A DNA stretch of 64,000 bases from a virus (lineage: Duplodnaviria; Heunggongvirae; Uroviricota; Caudoviricetes), in IMG/VR virus record IMGVR_UViG_3300021387_000463, positions 171,001 through 235,000 of that record; one strand, given 5' to 3'. Positions 19,424 to 29,050 of this stretch are shown here, in pieces. Position 1 is the stretch's first letter. Each line of letters begins with the position of its first letter. The notes below the pieces were generated by a model, which saw only the letters and a list, made by a program, of their open reading frames with translations, did not search any database and was not told the origin of the DNA. The translations under genes were made by a program, and so were the position numbers.

Positions 19424-20275
19424 ATGAGTAGAGAAGAGAACATCGCAGTATACAACAATACAGTGGCTATTGTTAAGAAAGGTGGCTACATGTCCCCAAT
19501 GGGAAAGGAAGTGAAGCTACCTAATCCAAAGGAAATGGCTGATGGCACTAAGTTCTATGACAAGAGAGTTGTCAATAACTATGATGCTATCCCAAGATAT
19601 GAGACCGAAGTTAAGGTTATCGACATTGATTGCATCTATGCAGCCAAAGACCTTATTGACAGAGGCTTCAACCCTTGTATGCTGAATATGGCATCATTCT
19701 CAACTCCTGGTGGCGGTGTTATTAAGGGTTCATCAGCTCAAGAGGAGAATATATTCAGACGTTCTAATATCTTCATGTCACTCTATCAGTTCCATTCAAT
19801 TGGTGAGAACTATGGGGTTAAACAGAGAGAAGAGCGTTATCCACTTGATTATAACTTTGGCGGTATCTACACTCCACATGTAACGATATTCAAAGGTGGC
19901 TCAGATACACGTTATACGCTCCTAGAAGAGCCTTTTGAGGTGGCTGTGGTATCAGTGTCCGCAGTGAAGAATCCAGCGCTTAAGAACGGCAAATTAGAGC
20001 CTTGGGTAATTGATACTACCAAGTCAAAGATTAGACAGATTTTTGACATCGCTCTTGAGAATGGTCACGATTCACTTGTGCTAAGTGCATTCGGCTGTGG
20101 GGCATACAAGACTCCTCCTACAGAAATGGCAAAGCTGTTTAAAGAAGTCATTGAGAGTAAGAAATACAAGGGAGCATTCAAGGTAATTCACTTTGCCATT
20201 ATTAATCTTGCTTCTACAAATGGTAGTCATAACCCAGAGGGTAATTTCAAGCCATTTAAGGATGTATTAGGATAA
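19424..20275 (+). CDS. TIGR02452 family macrodomain (bacterial PARG-like ADP-ribosylhydrolase)
   Basis: NMAS...PGGG...GSSAQEE.IFRRS and LVLSAFGCGAY. Confidence 0.9.
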   Translation: MSREENIAVYNNTVAIVKKGGYMSPMGKEVKLPNPKEMADGTKFYDKRVVNNYDAIPRYETEVKVIDIDCIYAAKDLIDRGFNPCMLNMASFSTPGGGVIKGSSAQEENIFRRSNIFMSLYQFHSIGENYGVKQREERYPLDYNFGGIYTPHVTIFKGGSDTRYTLLEEPFEVAVVSVSAVKNPALKNGKLEPWVIDTTKSKIRQIFDIALENGHDSLVLSAFGCGAYKTPPTEMAKLFKEVIESKKYKGAFKVIHFAIINLASTNGSHNPEGNFKPFKDVLG

Positions 20276-20973
20276 TGAATAACTCTGCAAAATATAGTAA
20301 ATGGAAAGACGAAAACCCTAATTACTCTAAAGAATGGTATCAAACCAATAAAGAGAAAATTAGGGAAGCAGCCAAGAAGAAATACCAAGAAAAAGTGGCA
20401 GCAAAAATTGAAGAAGCCTCTTCCCTTCTAAGTGATGAAGAGTGGAAACCTATACCTAATTTCGACTCATATAAGGTGAATAGTAATGGTGTGGTTCTTA
20501 ATAAGTTTGGCAAGGAACTAAAACCTGGAAAGATACCTTCAACTGGTTATCTTCATGTTTCACTTTCCAACAAGGAAGTAAAGGGCAAACATTTCTATAT
20601 ACATCAGTTAGTATGGCTTGCATTCAGAGGTGAAGTGCCAGACGGATTGCTAGTATGCCATAGTGATGGTAATACTGAGAATAATTCACTTGATAACCTT
20701 TGCCTATTGACGCATAAAGAGAATTTGAATAAACCAGAAACGATTGAGAGATTTAAGAAAAGTCAAAAGCTTTATCCTAGAACTCGAAACGGAAAAAAGA
20801 AAAAAATTGTATATCAATTTGACCTTGATGGGAACTTTATAAAGGAATGGGAAGGTGTTAAAACAACTGAGGAAGGCGGTTTTTCATCCTCTTGCGTTTC
20901 TTTATGTTGTACTGGAAAATATAAGAAACATAAAGGGTTCATTTGGTCTTACAGTAATACACTAGAAAATTAG
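20275..20973 (+). CDS. NUMOD4-HNH-NUMOD1 homing endonuclease (freestanding)
   Basis: EEWKPIP..Y.VNSNG, HQLV..AF, VCHSDGN..NN..DNL, C-terminal VYQFDLDGNFIKEW. Confidence 0.9.
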   Translation: MNNSAKYSKWKDENPNYSKEWYQTNKEKIREAAKKKYQEKVAAKIEEASSLLSDEEWKPIPNFDSYKVNSNGVVLNKFGKELKPGKIPSTGYLHVSLSNKEVKGKHFYIHQLVWLAFRGEVPDGLLVCHSDGNTENNSLDNLCLLTHKENLNKPETIERFKKSQKLYPRTRNGKKKKIVYQFDLDGNFIKEWEGVKTTEEGGFSSSCVSLCCTGKYKKHKGFIWSYSNTLEN

Positions 20974-20974
20974 C

Positions 20975-21337
20975 ATGAAAAAAGAAATAGGTAATTGCCC
21001 AATACAAATGGTTGATTGTGCTGATGATGTGAACGCAAGATGGGTTACACTTAGGTCACAAATTGATTTAAAAACTAGGCGTTATAAAAATCTAGTTGCA
21101 TTTCATAGAAATGCTATAAGAGACAATAATTATGCACTAACTATGATAAACAATATATTCAAAAACGGTTTGAGTGGTAATATCATTCCAAAAGACATAA
21201 TAAGAAACCCAACATTTACTGAGATAAATGAAATAAAAACCTTCTTGAGAGATTGCAATTGTAGATACAACAGAAAGAAGGATGAATTCATAGAACTTCA
21301 ATCTAATGAAAACAATGAAAGAAAAAGCAGAGGATAA
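20975..21337 (+). CDS. Hypothetical protein
   Basis: Coupled ORF. Confidence 0.6.
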   Translation: MKKEIGNCPIQMVDCADDVNARWVTLRSQIDLKTRRYKNLVAFHRNAIRDNNYALTMINNIFKNGLSGNIIPKDIIRNPTFTEINEIKTFLRDCNCRYNRKKDEFIELQSNENNERKSRG

Positions 21338-21728
21338 GAAAATAGGAATTATGGCACAAGAAGATAAAGATTTATTACTTAAAGACCTTTGCGCAAGATT
21401 GCCATATCATTCAATAGTATATGTAGATGAAAATTTACCACGTCTTAAACTTGGCGCAGCAACAAGAGTTTGGGAATATATTGCTGTAGATAAACCATGT
21501 AAACCTTATCTACGTCCGATGTCTTCCATGACCGAGGAAGAGAAAAAGGAATTCGAGTCATTTGGGTGGATGGTAAACGAGTTTGATGACAACTATCCTT
21601 GGGTGCATATCGGACAAATAGAAAATGTGCTTTTGGGGCTTGATTGGCTCAACAAGCATCATTTTGATTATCGAGGACTGATTGAAAGAGGTTTAGCGTT
21701 GGAAGCACCTGAAGGAATGTATAATTAA
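21306..21728 (+). CDS. Hypothetical protein, paralog of 2003-2434
   Basis: LLLKDLCARLPY, KPYLRPMSSMT, FDYRGLIE.GLA; start may be 21351. Confidence 0.8.
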   Translation: MKTMKEKAEDKKIGIMAQEDKDLLLKDLCARLPYHSIVYVDENLPRLKLGAATRVWEYIAVDKPCKPYLRPMSSMTEEEKKEFESFGWMVNEFDDNYPWVHIGQIENVLLGLDWLNKHHFDYRGLIERGLALEAPEGMYN

Positions 21729-21743
21729 TTATTTTCAATTAAT

Positions 21744-21998
21744 ATGGGATTTTTAATATATATTTGTGCAATAGTAGGTGGTATATGTATCTATTTTTTG
21801 TTATGGATATTCCTAATAGACCCCTTTATAAAATATTTGAAACGACTGTATCTTTTCTATGTATTAAAGAAAATTCGTGTAGCACATTATGATTCTGTTT
21901 ATCATTATTTTTTAGGCCCTAGTCGTATTGAAATTATGACTCGAAAAGAATTTAAAAAACTCCACGGATACGAAGCAAAATTTAAAAATTGTTTTTAA
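21744..21998 (+). CDS. Hypothetical membrane protein
   Basis: Hydrophobic N-terminus. Confidence 0.6.
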   Translation: MGFLIYICAIVGGICIYFLLWIFLIDPFIKYLKRLYLFYVLKKIRVAHYDSVYHYFLGPSRIEIMTRKEFKKLHGYEAKFKNCF

Positions 21999-22153
21999 AT
22001 AAACAAAAATAACTATGGCAACAGTTAAAGATAATGAAGAAATAATTCAGTTATTAGATACTGCAAAATATCTTCTTAGAGGACATAAACAGAATTTGAA
22101 CGTTCAGTGGTCTATTGATAAAATTAACCAAGCAATTAAAATTCTTAAGTAAT

Positions 22154-22552
22154 ATGACAACAATTAGAAATTATACTACTGTGGAGCAAAGCCGCAAGTT
22201 GGCAGAGATACTGCCATTAGAGAGTGCAGATATGTATTATTCTGATGTACCTGTTAGAGAATGGATAGATAAAACAGATACTTCAAAAGGTACTCATGTA
22301 GTGTTTAAAAGTGAAATATTTGCTATCGAAAATCTACGTAATCATGAAGTTGGAGAAGGTGATATTTATGCTTGGAGTCTTACAGCATTGTTTAAACTAC
22401 TTCCAAAGTCTGCACGATTAGAAAAAGGTAATGCCACTGAATTATACAGAGTTACATTACCAGTCGAATTAGAAACTTCTGATTGGTATATAGACCCAAT
22501 TAATGCTTGCTATGAAATGATATTAAAGTTACACGAACTTAATATGTTGTGA
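22154..22552 (+). CDS. Hypothetical protein
   Basis: YTTVEQSRKL..ILP.ESADM, AWSL.AL..LLP; start trimmed. Confidence 0.75.
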   Translation: MTTIRNYTTVEQSRKLAEILPLESADMYYSDVPVREWIDKTDTSKGTHVVFKSEIFAIENLRNHEVGEGDIYAWSLTALFKLLPKSARLEKGNATELYRVTLPVELETSDWYIDPINACYEMILKLHELNML

Positions 22553-22661
22553 TTATGGAAGAAAATGTTATAAACATAAGAGTTTTATTAAGTGCGTTAT
22601 TACCTAAATATGATAATGTTTGGGAGAAACTAAAAGAACTAACGATTAAAAACAAATAATT

Positions 22662-23762
22662 ATGAAAGAACTTAGTATAGAGCAAAAAACCCAAAGATAT
22701 GACGAGGTTGTAAACAAACTCAAAAGATTTATGATGCAAGGTGTTGACCCTTTAATAACAAGGGCTGATGTTCAAGACTTCTTCCCAGAACTCAAAGAGT
22801 CAGAGGATGAGAAGATGCGAGCAATGGCAATAAAAGCAGTATATGCGCCTGAAGCACAAAGTTGTATTAAAAGTTGGGGAATAAATCCAGACGATGTCAT
22901 TGCTTGGCTTGAAAAGCAAGGTGATGCCAACAAAGAGTATTGGACAGGTTACAGGGAGGGTAAACAAGAAATTCTCGATAAATACGCTGAACTTGAAAAG
23001 CAAGATGAGCAGAAGCCTTATGGTCAAAGAGAAGAATGCTCTGATTGTCAATTCAACTATGCTGGAGAATGCAAAGGCTCTTGCTCTATGAAAAGAGGTG
23101 AGCAGAAGGCTGATAAGATTAAACCTAAGTTTCATGGAGGTGATTGGCTTGTAAGCGTTGAACATGGTAATGTAGTAAGGGTTCTTGAAGTCTTAAAAGA
23201 TAATTATAGGCTTGATTTCGATGGAAATACTATTGGAACTCTTTGCACAGAACTTATAGACAAAGATTATCGTTTGTGGAATATTACCAAAGATGCAAAA
23301 CCTGGTGATGTGCTTGCTGGTCATGAATCCTATGTGATATTTAAAGAAATTGATGGATTGAATATTAAATGTCATTGCACATATCATTATATGGGTTTTA
23401 AACCAAGTTTTTATATAAATACCTTACAAAATAAAGATGCTTTTCATCCAGCAACCAAAGAACAGCGCGATGCTCTTATGAAAGCAATGGCTAATGCAGG
23501 ATATACCTTTGACTTTGAAAAGAAAGAATTGAAGAAGATTGAGAAGAAGCCACAACGTATGATATCAGCAGAGGCAAAAGAAGCGATGTATTCAAAGCCT
23601 GCTGAGTGGAGTGAAGAGGATGAACTGCATATTAGAGAACTTGAAAGTCTTGTAAAACGAGTATGGGCAACAGCAGAGCATGAAAATGATAAAGACACTA
23701 TACATAAAATGAGTGGCTTGTCATTTTTTCTAAAGACACTTAAAGCACAGAAAGGAGAATAG
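22662..23762 (+). CDS. Mosaic hypothetical protein
   Basis: Modular motifs ESEDE..R, WLEKQ, PKF..GDW, PATKEQRD.L...GY.FD, WSEEDE. Confidence 0.8.
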   Translation: MKELSIEQKTQRYDEVVNKLKRFMMQGVDPLITRADVQDFFPELKESEDEKMRAMAIKAVYAPEAQSCIKSWGINPDDVIAWLEKQGDANKEYWTGYREGKQEILDKYAELEKQDEQKPYGQREECSDCQFNYAGECKGSCSMKRGEQKADKIKPKFHGGDWLVSVEHGNVVRVLEVLKDNYRLDFDGNTIGTLCTELIDKDYRLWNITKDAKPGDVLAGHESYVIFKEIDGLNIKCHCTYHYMGFKPSFYINTLQNKDAFHPATKEQRDALMKAMANAGYTFDFEKKELKKIEKKPQRMISAEAKEAMYSKPAEWSEEDELHIRELESLVKRVWATAEHENDKDTIHKMSGLSFFLKTLKAQKGE

Positions 23763-23905
23763 TATGAAATTGCAAGAATTAAAAACTATTAACGACTATA
23801 AGAAAGCATTTTTTCAACTTGCGAATGATTGCAAAAATAAGTTCGGTGCAGATGAAATAGAAGTATCTATATTTGGTTCTACTGTTAGAATAGAATTTAA
23901 ATAAT

Positions 23906-24193
23906 ATGGAAAAGGTTGAGCAATACATCAAAGAGCATACAAACAGATACAGTAACCACGTAGAACTTGCACCCTACATAACAGGTTTCACAGAATGGCT
24001 TACTATAGATGATGCAAGAAGGGTGGCTGAGATTGCAAGGGAGGAAACCATCAAGGAGGTGTGCGAGTGGCTAAATAGTCATTATAGGGATTATATGCAC
24101 AATCCAACAAGAAAGCAATTAGAAGCCTTCTTTGGCATGGATATGATTGAGGACTTAAACAATTATTTGGATAACAAGAAAAAGAAACTATGA
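23906..24193 (+). CDS. Hypothetical protein
   Basis: Intact ORF. Confidence 0.7.
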   Translation: MEKVEQYIKEHTNRYSNHVELAPYITGFTEWLTIDDARRVAEIAREETIKEVCEWLNSHYRDYMHNPTRKQLEAFFGMDMIEDLNNYLDNKKKKL

Positions 24194-24420
24194 GCAAAGC
24201 AGAATATAGATATTTAGAACATTTTTTAGATGGCAAGTTAAGAAATTGTAGTAGTAAAGACGCTTTTCTTTACGGCTACCATCAAGCCAAAAAAGATGTA
24301 TTATCTGAATATGGATGGCTTGTGTCAAAGGTAAAAATCCTAAAACTTAAATATTGCCACAACAGAGAGGCCGTAAAAGCAATAGAAGAAGCATGCAATA
24401 TATTAAACGAATTTGGATAA
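24190..24420 (+). CDS. Hypothetical protein
   Basis: Coupled ORF. Confidence 0.6.
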   Translation: MSKAEYRYLEHFLDGKLRNCSSKDAFLYGYHQAKKDVLSEYGWLVSKVKILKLKYCHNREAVKAIEEACNILNEFG

Positions 24421-24434
24421 TAATCAAAAATAAT

Positions 24435-24980
24435 ATGGAAAAAAATGTAAAAGAAGGTACTCTAATGCAAGAAATAGAAACTGCGTTGGAGAAAGCAAAG
24501 GGAGAGAAAGCTAAGATTATATCTGCTAACAAGGAAGCTGAAGTACCTGCTAACCTTAATGAAAGAATTAAGAGCCTTGTGCTTATTAAGTCAGAGCTTA
24601 TCCGTGAGAACAGAAAACACTTTATGAACTATGAACTCACAAGAGAGGCTGAGATTGACGAACTTAATAAGATGGCTAATGCACGTGAGCAGAACATTAA
24701 GGACTATTCAAATAACGGTAGACTTGAGTTGGCAGAGGCTGACGCAAAGGAATTAGCAATCATTAAAGAATTCTTGCCATATGTTCCAGAAGGAGAGGAA
24801 TTGGAGGAATTCATTAACAGAATGATAGATACATACCTTTCTGAACAAGCAGAAGGTTACGCACCTTCAATGAAGGATATGGGTAAAATAAAGGCTTTGG
24901 TTAACGCTACTTATCCTACTGTGAACGGTGGTATTATCAAAGACGTTTTAATGAAGAGAATCAATGGCAACAACAACTAA
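24435..24980 (+). CDS. GatB/YqeY domain protein
   Basis: KM...RE..I..Y...GR.ELAE...KEL.II.EFLP ... MKDMGKI. Confidence 0.85.
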   Translation: MEKNVKEGTLMQEIETALEKAKGEKAKIISANKEAEVPANLNERIKSLVLIKSELIRENRKHFMNYELTREAEIDELNKMANAREQNIKDYSNNGRLELAEADAKELAIIKEFLPYVPEGEELEEFINRMIDTYLSEQAEGYAPSMKDMGKIKALVNATYPTVNGGIIKDVLMKRINGNNN

Positions 24981-25299
24981 TACTAAGAATAGCATTGTGC
25001 TCACAAGGGGAATCACTAGCACAGATTCCCCCTCGTGTGTCAACCAAGAAACAATAGAGAAACTTGCTAAAAATGTATTAACCAATATGTCAAATAAGGA
25101 ACTAGAAAAAGAGGAAAGGGAAGTCCTTTGTAAGATGGTTGTTAAGGGCAAGGCAAGCAACTTGAGTAACATAGTTAGCCAAGTTTTCAGTACCTATTAT
25201 AAAAGCTCAAGCAGCTATAGCAGAGGCTTTGACAAGGAACTAGTGGTTACTTTGATGATTGAAAAAGGAGACGAAGAAGAGGAAGTTAAAAAATCTTAA
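24964..25299 (+). CDS. Hypothetical protein
   Basis: Coupled ORF. Confidence 0.65.
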   Translation: MATTTNTKNSIVLTRGITSTDSPSCVNQETIEKLAKNVLTNMSNKELEKEEREVLCKMVVKGKASNLSNIVSQVFSTYYKSSSSYSRGFDKELVVTLMIEKGDEEEEVKKS

Positions 25300-25338
25300 G
25301 GGCTTTGATAATCCAATTTTTTTTCGTATCTTTGCATT

Positions 25339-25635
25339 ATGAAATATGAAGTAATTGAAAAGATACTTAATAAAAAGGGCTTCCTTGGGCATACTGTAAA
25401 GCGAGAGGATTCTAGATTGACTTATACCTTCAGAAGTATATCCTACTTTTGCGTGGAGATAAAGGTGATGAAGATTAAGGTCAATCCTAAGACCTTTGGC
25501 ACTAATAACATTGTTGGTAGCATAACAATCAATGAGCAGCCAATCAAAGACCTCAAGGAGCTTACACGCATTCTTGATTATGACCTTCGCAAGATACACA
25601 AAGAAGCATTTATAAAAACCTTTAAACAAGTTTAA
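25339..25635 (+). CDS. Hypothetical protein
   Basis: Near-leaderless after promoter 25327. Confidence 0.7.
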   Translation: MKYEVIEKILNKKGFLGHTVKREDSRLTYTFRSISYFCVEIKVMKIKVNPKTFGTNNIVGSITINEQPIKDLKELTRILDYDLRKIHKEAFIKTFKQV

Positions 25636-25809
25636 ATTATGATTTCACTAAAACAGATTAATAGCCTTCTCACAGTGGTTGGGACAGCAGCTACCACTTT
25701 TGAGATTATGATGAAGACATTCAAGTGGTATGAGAAACATCATGGTAAGAAGAAAAAGGAAGAAAAGAAAGAGGATTTATCTAGACCTATCATCAAAGGA
25801 CTATAAAAC

Positions 25810-26178
25810 ATGCCAACTAACGAAAATAAACTCAAAGTAAGAATGGTAAGGACTCCAAGATATGAAGATGAGTCCATATTCATTATTATGGATAGGTTGC
25901 CACCATTTTCCGTTGTAAATCATTCCTATTTCCTTGGCTGCAAACTTTACAACACCAATCTAGGAATTGAACGAAGTACGAGGAATGGAGAGAAGATAGA
26001 TAGCGATTTGATGCTAAGAGGAAATGACCATGACCCTGTTAATAGAAGCCGAGAGGATGTTTACGAGTTACCTACTATTAGGGAGTATTCTAGGTTTATG
26101 GAGTTGCTGAAGAAAAATGGATATGTCTGGAATAAAAAGAAAGATACATTAACAAAAGATGGGAGACTTGTTGGTTAG
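25810..26178 (+). CDS. Hypothetical protein with C-terminal GYVWNKK motif
   Basis: LPTIREYSRFMELLKKNGYVWNKKKDTL. Confidence 0.75.
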   Translation: MPTNENKLKVRMVRTPRYEDESIFIIMDRLPPFSVVNHSYFLGCKLYNTNLGIERSTRNGEKIDSDLMLRGNDHDPVNRSREDVYELPTIREYSRFMELLKKNGYVWNKKKDTLTKDGRLVG

Positions 26179-27320
26179 TCTCCCTTCTTTATTATATTAT
26201 TAATTTCCTCTCTTATTATATTACCTATTTTTTTCTTAGATTCACCATACGGATAACGCATTGCGTGATAAGCTGCTAAGTTACCAGCAGCACGCTCTTG
26301 TGGAGCATATACAGCTCTGTCTCTAGTATTTCTGAAATCCTTATAATAGTCAAATTTCTGTTGTTGATTTGCTAAGTGAGGAACAAAAACAGTTTTTTGT
26401 CCATTATTATATTGTATTGGTTCATCATTGTTTTCATCTTCGTCTTCGTATGATTCTGGACCGTAGTTACCATCAATGTAGTCTTGTACTGTACAAGCTG
26501 TTATAGTTCCATCGTTTCTCCAATCTTCAAACACCATGTGATATTGGAACATGTCACTGACATTTGCAATTCCATTATCTTGCAAAGCATAAAGAATATT
26601 GCACAATGTCTCTGGGTCTGGTTGTTCACTTTGATAGAAACCAATCATTTCCTTCTCTGGCCATATTCTACCCTCGCTGTTACCCATTTCGAAGTATTGA
26701 TAGAAATCCATATCAATTTCTTTCATAGCATTGTCAATACCTTGTTGGTCGCTAAAATCATACCCTTCTGTTAATTGATTATTTAAATATTCATATATTT
26801 CACTACTACTTGGAATGTTTGTATCACCTTGAGTATAATTCTCTACAAAATCATAAGCATAACGATAGCAATTAACTGGTCCACTAACTTGGTCTGTTAT
26901 TTCTGCTGCGAAGTCATCCAAATCCTTTGAGTCATATTCAGATACCCACACATCATTATCTTCGTCATATTGATAGCCATATTCTTGAAAGTTGGATGCA
27001 AACCCTTCAATTGCATCTGAAAGTTGATAAGCCTCATCATCCACTTGTTCGCTCATTGAATCATTGAAATACTGTTTAGCACATTGTCCACAAGCATTTG
27101 CATGAGTTGTCCAAGGCTCTCCAATAACGAATTCCATTTCTCCACTGTTGTCTATAGGCCAAAAACCAAATGGGAAACCATAATCACCGTTCCAATTGGC
27201 TTCATAAACCTCTCCAGTTTTTTCATCTTCGAAATAAGGATGGTCAGTTCCAGCTTCGAAATTCCACCTATCACTGTATATTTCGTTTAATTTACTCTCT
27301 TTTATATGAATTCTCTTCAT
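26175..27320 (-). CDS. Acidic hypothetical protein, possible virion head cargo
   Basis: 381 aa; the only large minus-strand gene in the first 39 kb; termini KESKLNE and IIREEINNII. Confidence 0.8.
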   Translation of the reverse strand: MKRIHIKESKLNEIYSDRWNFEAGTDHPYFEDEKTGEVYEANWNGDYGFPFGFWPIDNSGEMEFVIGEPWTTHANACGQCAKQYFNDSMSEQVDDEAYQLSDAIEGFASNFQEYGYQYDEDNDVWVSEYDSKDLDDFAAEITDQVSGPVNCYRYAYDFVENYTQGDTNIPSSSEIYEYLNNQLTEGYDFSDQQGIDNAMKEIDMDFYQYFEMGNSEGRIWPEKEMIGFYQSEQPDPETLCNILYALQDNGIANVSDMFQYHMVFEDWRNDGTITACTVQDYIDGNYGPESYEDEDENNDEPIQYNNGQKTVFVPHLANQQQKFDYYKDFRNTRDRAVYAPQERAAGNLAAYHAMRYPYGESKKKIGNIIREEINNIIKKGD

Positions 27321-27398
27321 TTTTACATTAACATTTTTTAACTATAAATATTTTGCTATTCCCAATATTTTTCGTATCTTTGCATAAAAAGATAAAAT

Positions 27399-27851
27399 AT
27401 GTGTTGGATAGGTACAGTAGATGATAAGAAGATAGCCACTGAGGACATCAAGACAAGAAAAATTGTCGATAAGTTCAATGGAAGTTATTATGGATATTAC
27501 CAAGAATGGTTCGAATATGAACTAGGTAAGGAATACAGCACTAAAGTAACCCCAAGAGAAGGAAGCAAATATGGGATTGTTATCGAGGCTGGTTTCCATT
27601 CCTATGCTTGGGACATTGAAATGAAACAGATATGCGCTGGAGATATAAAGGTTAGAACCCTTAGACCTCTAGGTGGTCAGACCATATATCAAAATAATGG
27701 CAAGTATGGTGGAAACCATAAAATAGCAGTAATGGAATGCACAATACCCAAGGGCACTGCATATTGGGAAAACCAAGTTGGTGAGATTGTGAGTGAGAAA
27801 CTGATTCTTGAAGAAGAAATATACGTAGAAGATGACTGTAATTTTTGCTAA
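27399..27851 (+). CDS. Hypothetical protein
   Basis: GFHSY and CTIPKGT.YW.N..GEIVS motifs; own promoter. Confidence 0.8.
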   Translation: MCWIGTVDDKKIATEDIKTRKIVDKFNGSYYGYYQEWFEYELGKEYSTKVTPREGSKYGIVIEAGFHSYAWDIEMKQICAGDIKVRTLRPLGGQTIYQNNGKYGGNHKIAVMECTIPKGTAYWENQVGEIVSEKLILEEEIYVEDDCNFC

Positions 27852-28389
27852 TAATAAAGATATAGATTGCGATACTCTGCCAAAGATATGGGAGGGACAG
27901 TCAAATGTCAACCTTATTGAAATTACCAAGGATTCAGAAGATTGGGAGGATAAGGTTGATGAAGCCATTGCAAGCGAGGGAGATACACTTATATTCGCTG
28001 GTCATGGTACAGAGTGTGGATTGCTGTTTCCAGACTTTGATAAGGGAATGTATATTCTCCATGAGAACAACGTGCATCTTATCAAGGCAAAGAACGTCAT
28101 CTGTGTGTGGTGCTATGCCGCAAACTTCTGCGAAAACAATCACCTTAAGGCATTCGCAACATCAATGTTTATCTCAAATGCCCTAGAGTGCTATGATAAT
28201 TGCATCTATGACTATTCTGATGAAGAGATTATGCAAAACAGCAAGAGATTTGACTGTGAACTTGGAAACCTATTGGAAGATAAAGTCCCACTTGATGAGT
28301 GGTGCGGAAAGCTTATAGCCAATATGGATTCAAACAATGCAGTCGATATGTTCAATAGACAAGGACTAATGTATATTCAAGGTGACTAA
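27832..28389 (+). CDS. Hypothetical protein, possible clan CD (caspase-like) fold
   Basis: LIFAGHGTECGL and ICVWCYA. Confidence 0.6.
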   Translation: MTVIFANNKDIDCDTLPKIWEGQSNVNLIEITKDSEDWEDKVDEAIASEGDTLIFAGHGTECGLLFPDFDKGMYILHENNVHLIKAKNVICVWCYAANFCENNHLKAFATSMFISNALECYDNCIYDYSDEEIMQNSKRFDCELGNLLEDKVPLDEWCGKLIANMDSNNAVDMFNRQGLMYIQGD

Positions 28390-28473
28390 TCACTTATAAT
28401 TAATGTTAAATGTTGAGGTAATATTTTGTTATCTCAACTTTTTTTCGTATATTTGCAGCAAAAAGTATATTAT

Positions 28474-28605
28474 ATGATATACGATGACGAATTATACGGC
28501 AATGAAGATATGTGGGACGATGAGTATGACTACGACCCATATACTAACTATTGGTACGAAGAAGATTGGGACTATACTAACTATTTGGACGATTGTTATG
28601 AGTAA
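28474..28605 (+). CDS. Hyper-acidic aromatic peptide (43 aa)
   Basis: MIYDDELYGNEDMWDDEYDYDPYTNYWYEEDWDYTNYLDDCYE, first gene after promoter 28448; missed by the ORF track. Confidence 0.7.
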   Translation: MIYDDELYGNEDMWDDEYDYDPYTNYWYEEDWDYTNYLDDCYE

Positions 28606-28625
28606 TCGAAAATAAAATATTAGAA

Positions 28626-29048
28626 ATGGAAGAAATAAGATACGGAAAGTGGACACCTATTAAGGCAAAGAGAAAGAGGGATGGTAAGGTCATCTTGGCA
28701 ATGATTCAACAGCAGATATACAAATCTTTAATGCTGTGGGATGGTGATAATCAGTGGATGGTAACTCCTGGAGAGGACGAGATTTCAATTCCAACTCCGA
28801 AGGAGATTGCAATCATTGAGGCAAACGTTAACAAGTGGAAAGAGCGTTTGTTCAATACTTCTGCAACCAAAACAGAACTAAAACCAAAGTTCGAGATAAC
28901 TAGGACAAAGATTGGGAAGCCAAATAAGGTGTCAAGTGTTCTCGATACAGCCAAGAATATATTGAACGAAATTAAGGAAACTCCAATAGCAGAACCAAAG
29001 AAACTTACTGACTTTGACTTGCTTACAGCAGACGTAGAATCAATATAG
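28626..29048 (+). CDS. Hypothetical protein
   Basis: Intact ORF. Confidence 0.7.
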   Translation: MEEIRYGKWTPIKAKRKRDGKVILAMIQQQIYKSLMLWDGDNQWMVTPGEDEISIPTPKEIAIIEANVNKWKERLFNTSATKTELKPKFEITRTKIGKPNKVSSVLDTAKNILNEIKETPIAEPKKLTDFDLLTADVESI

Positions 29049-29050
29049 CA

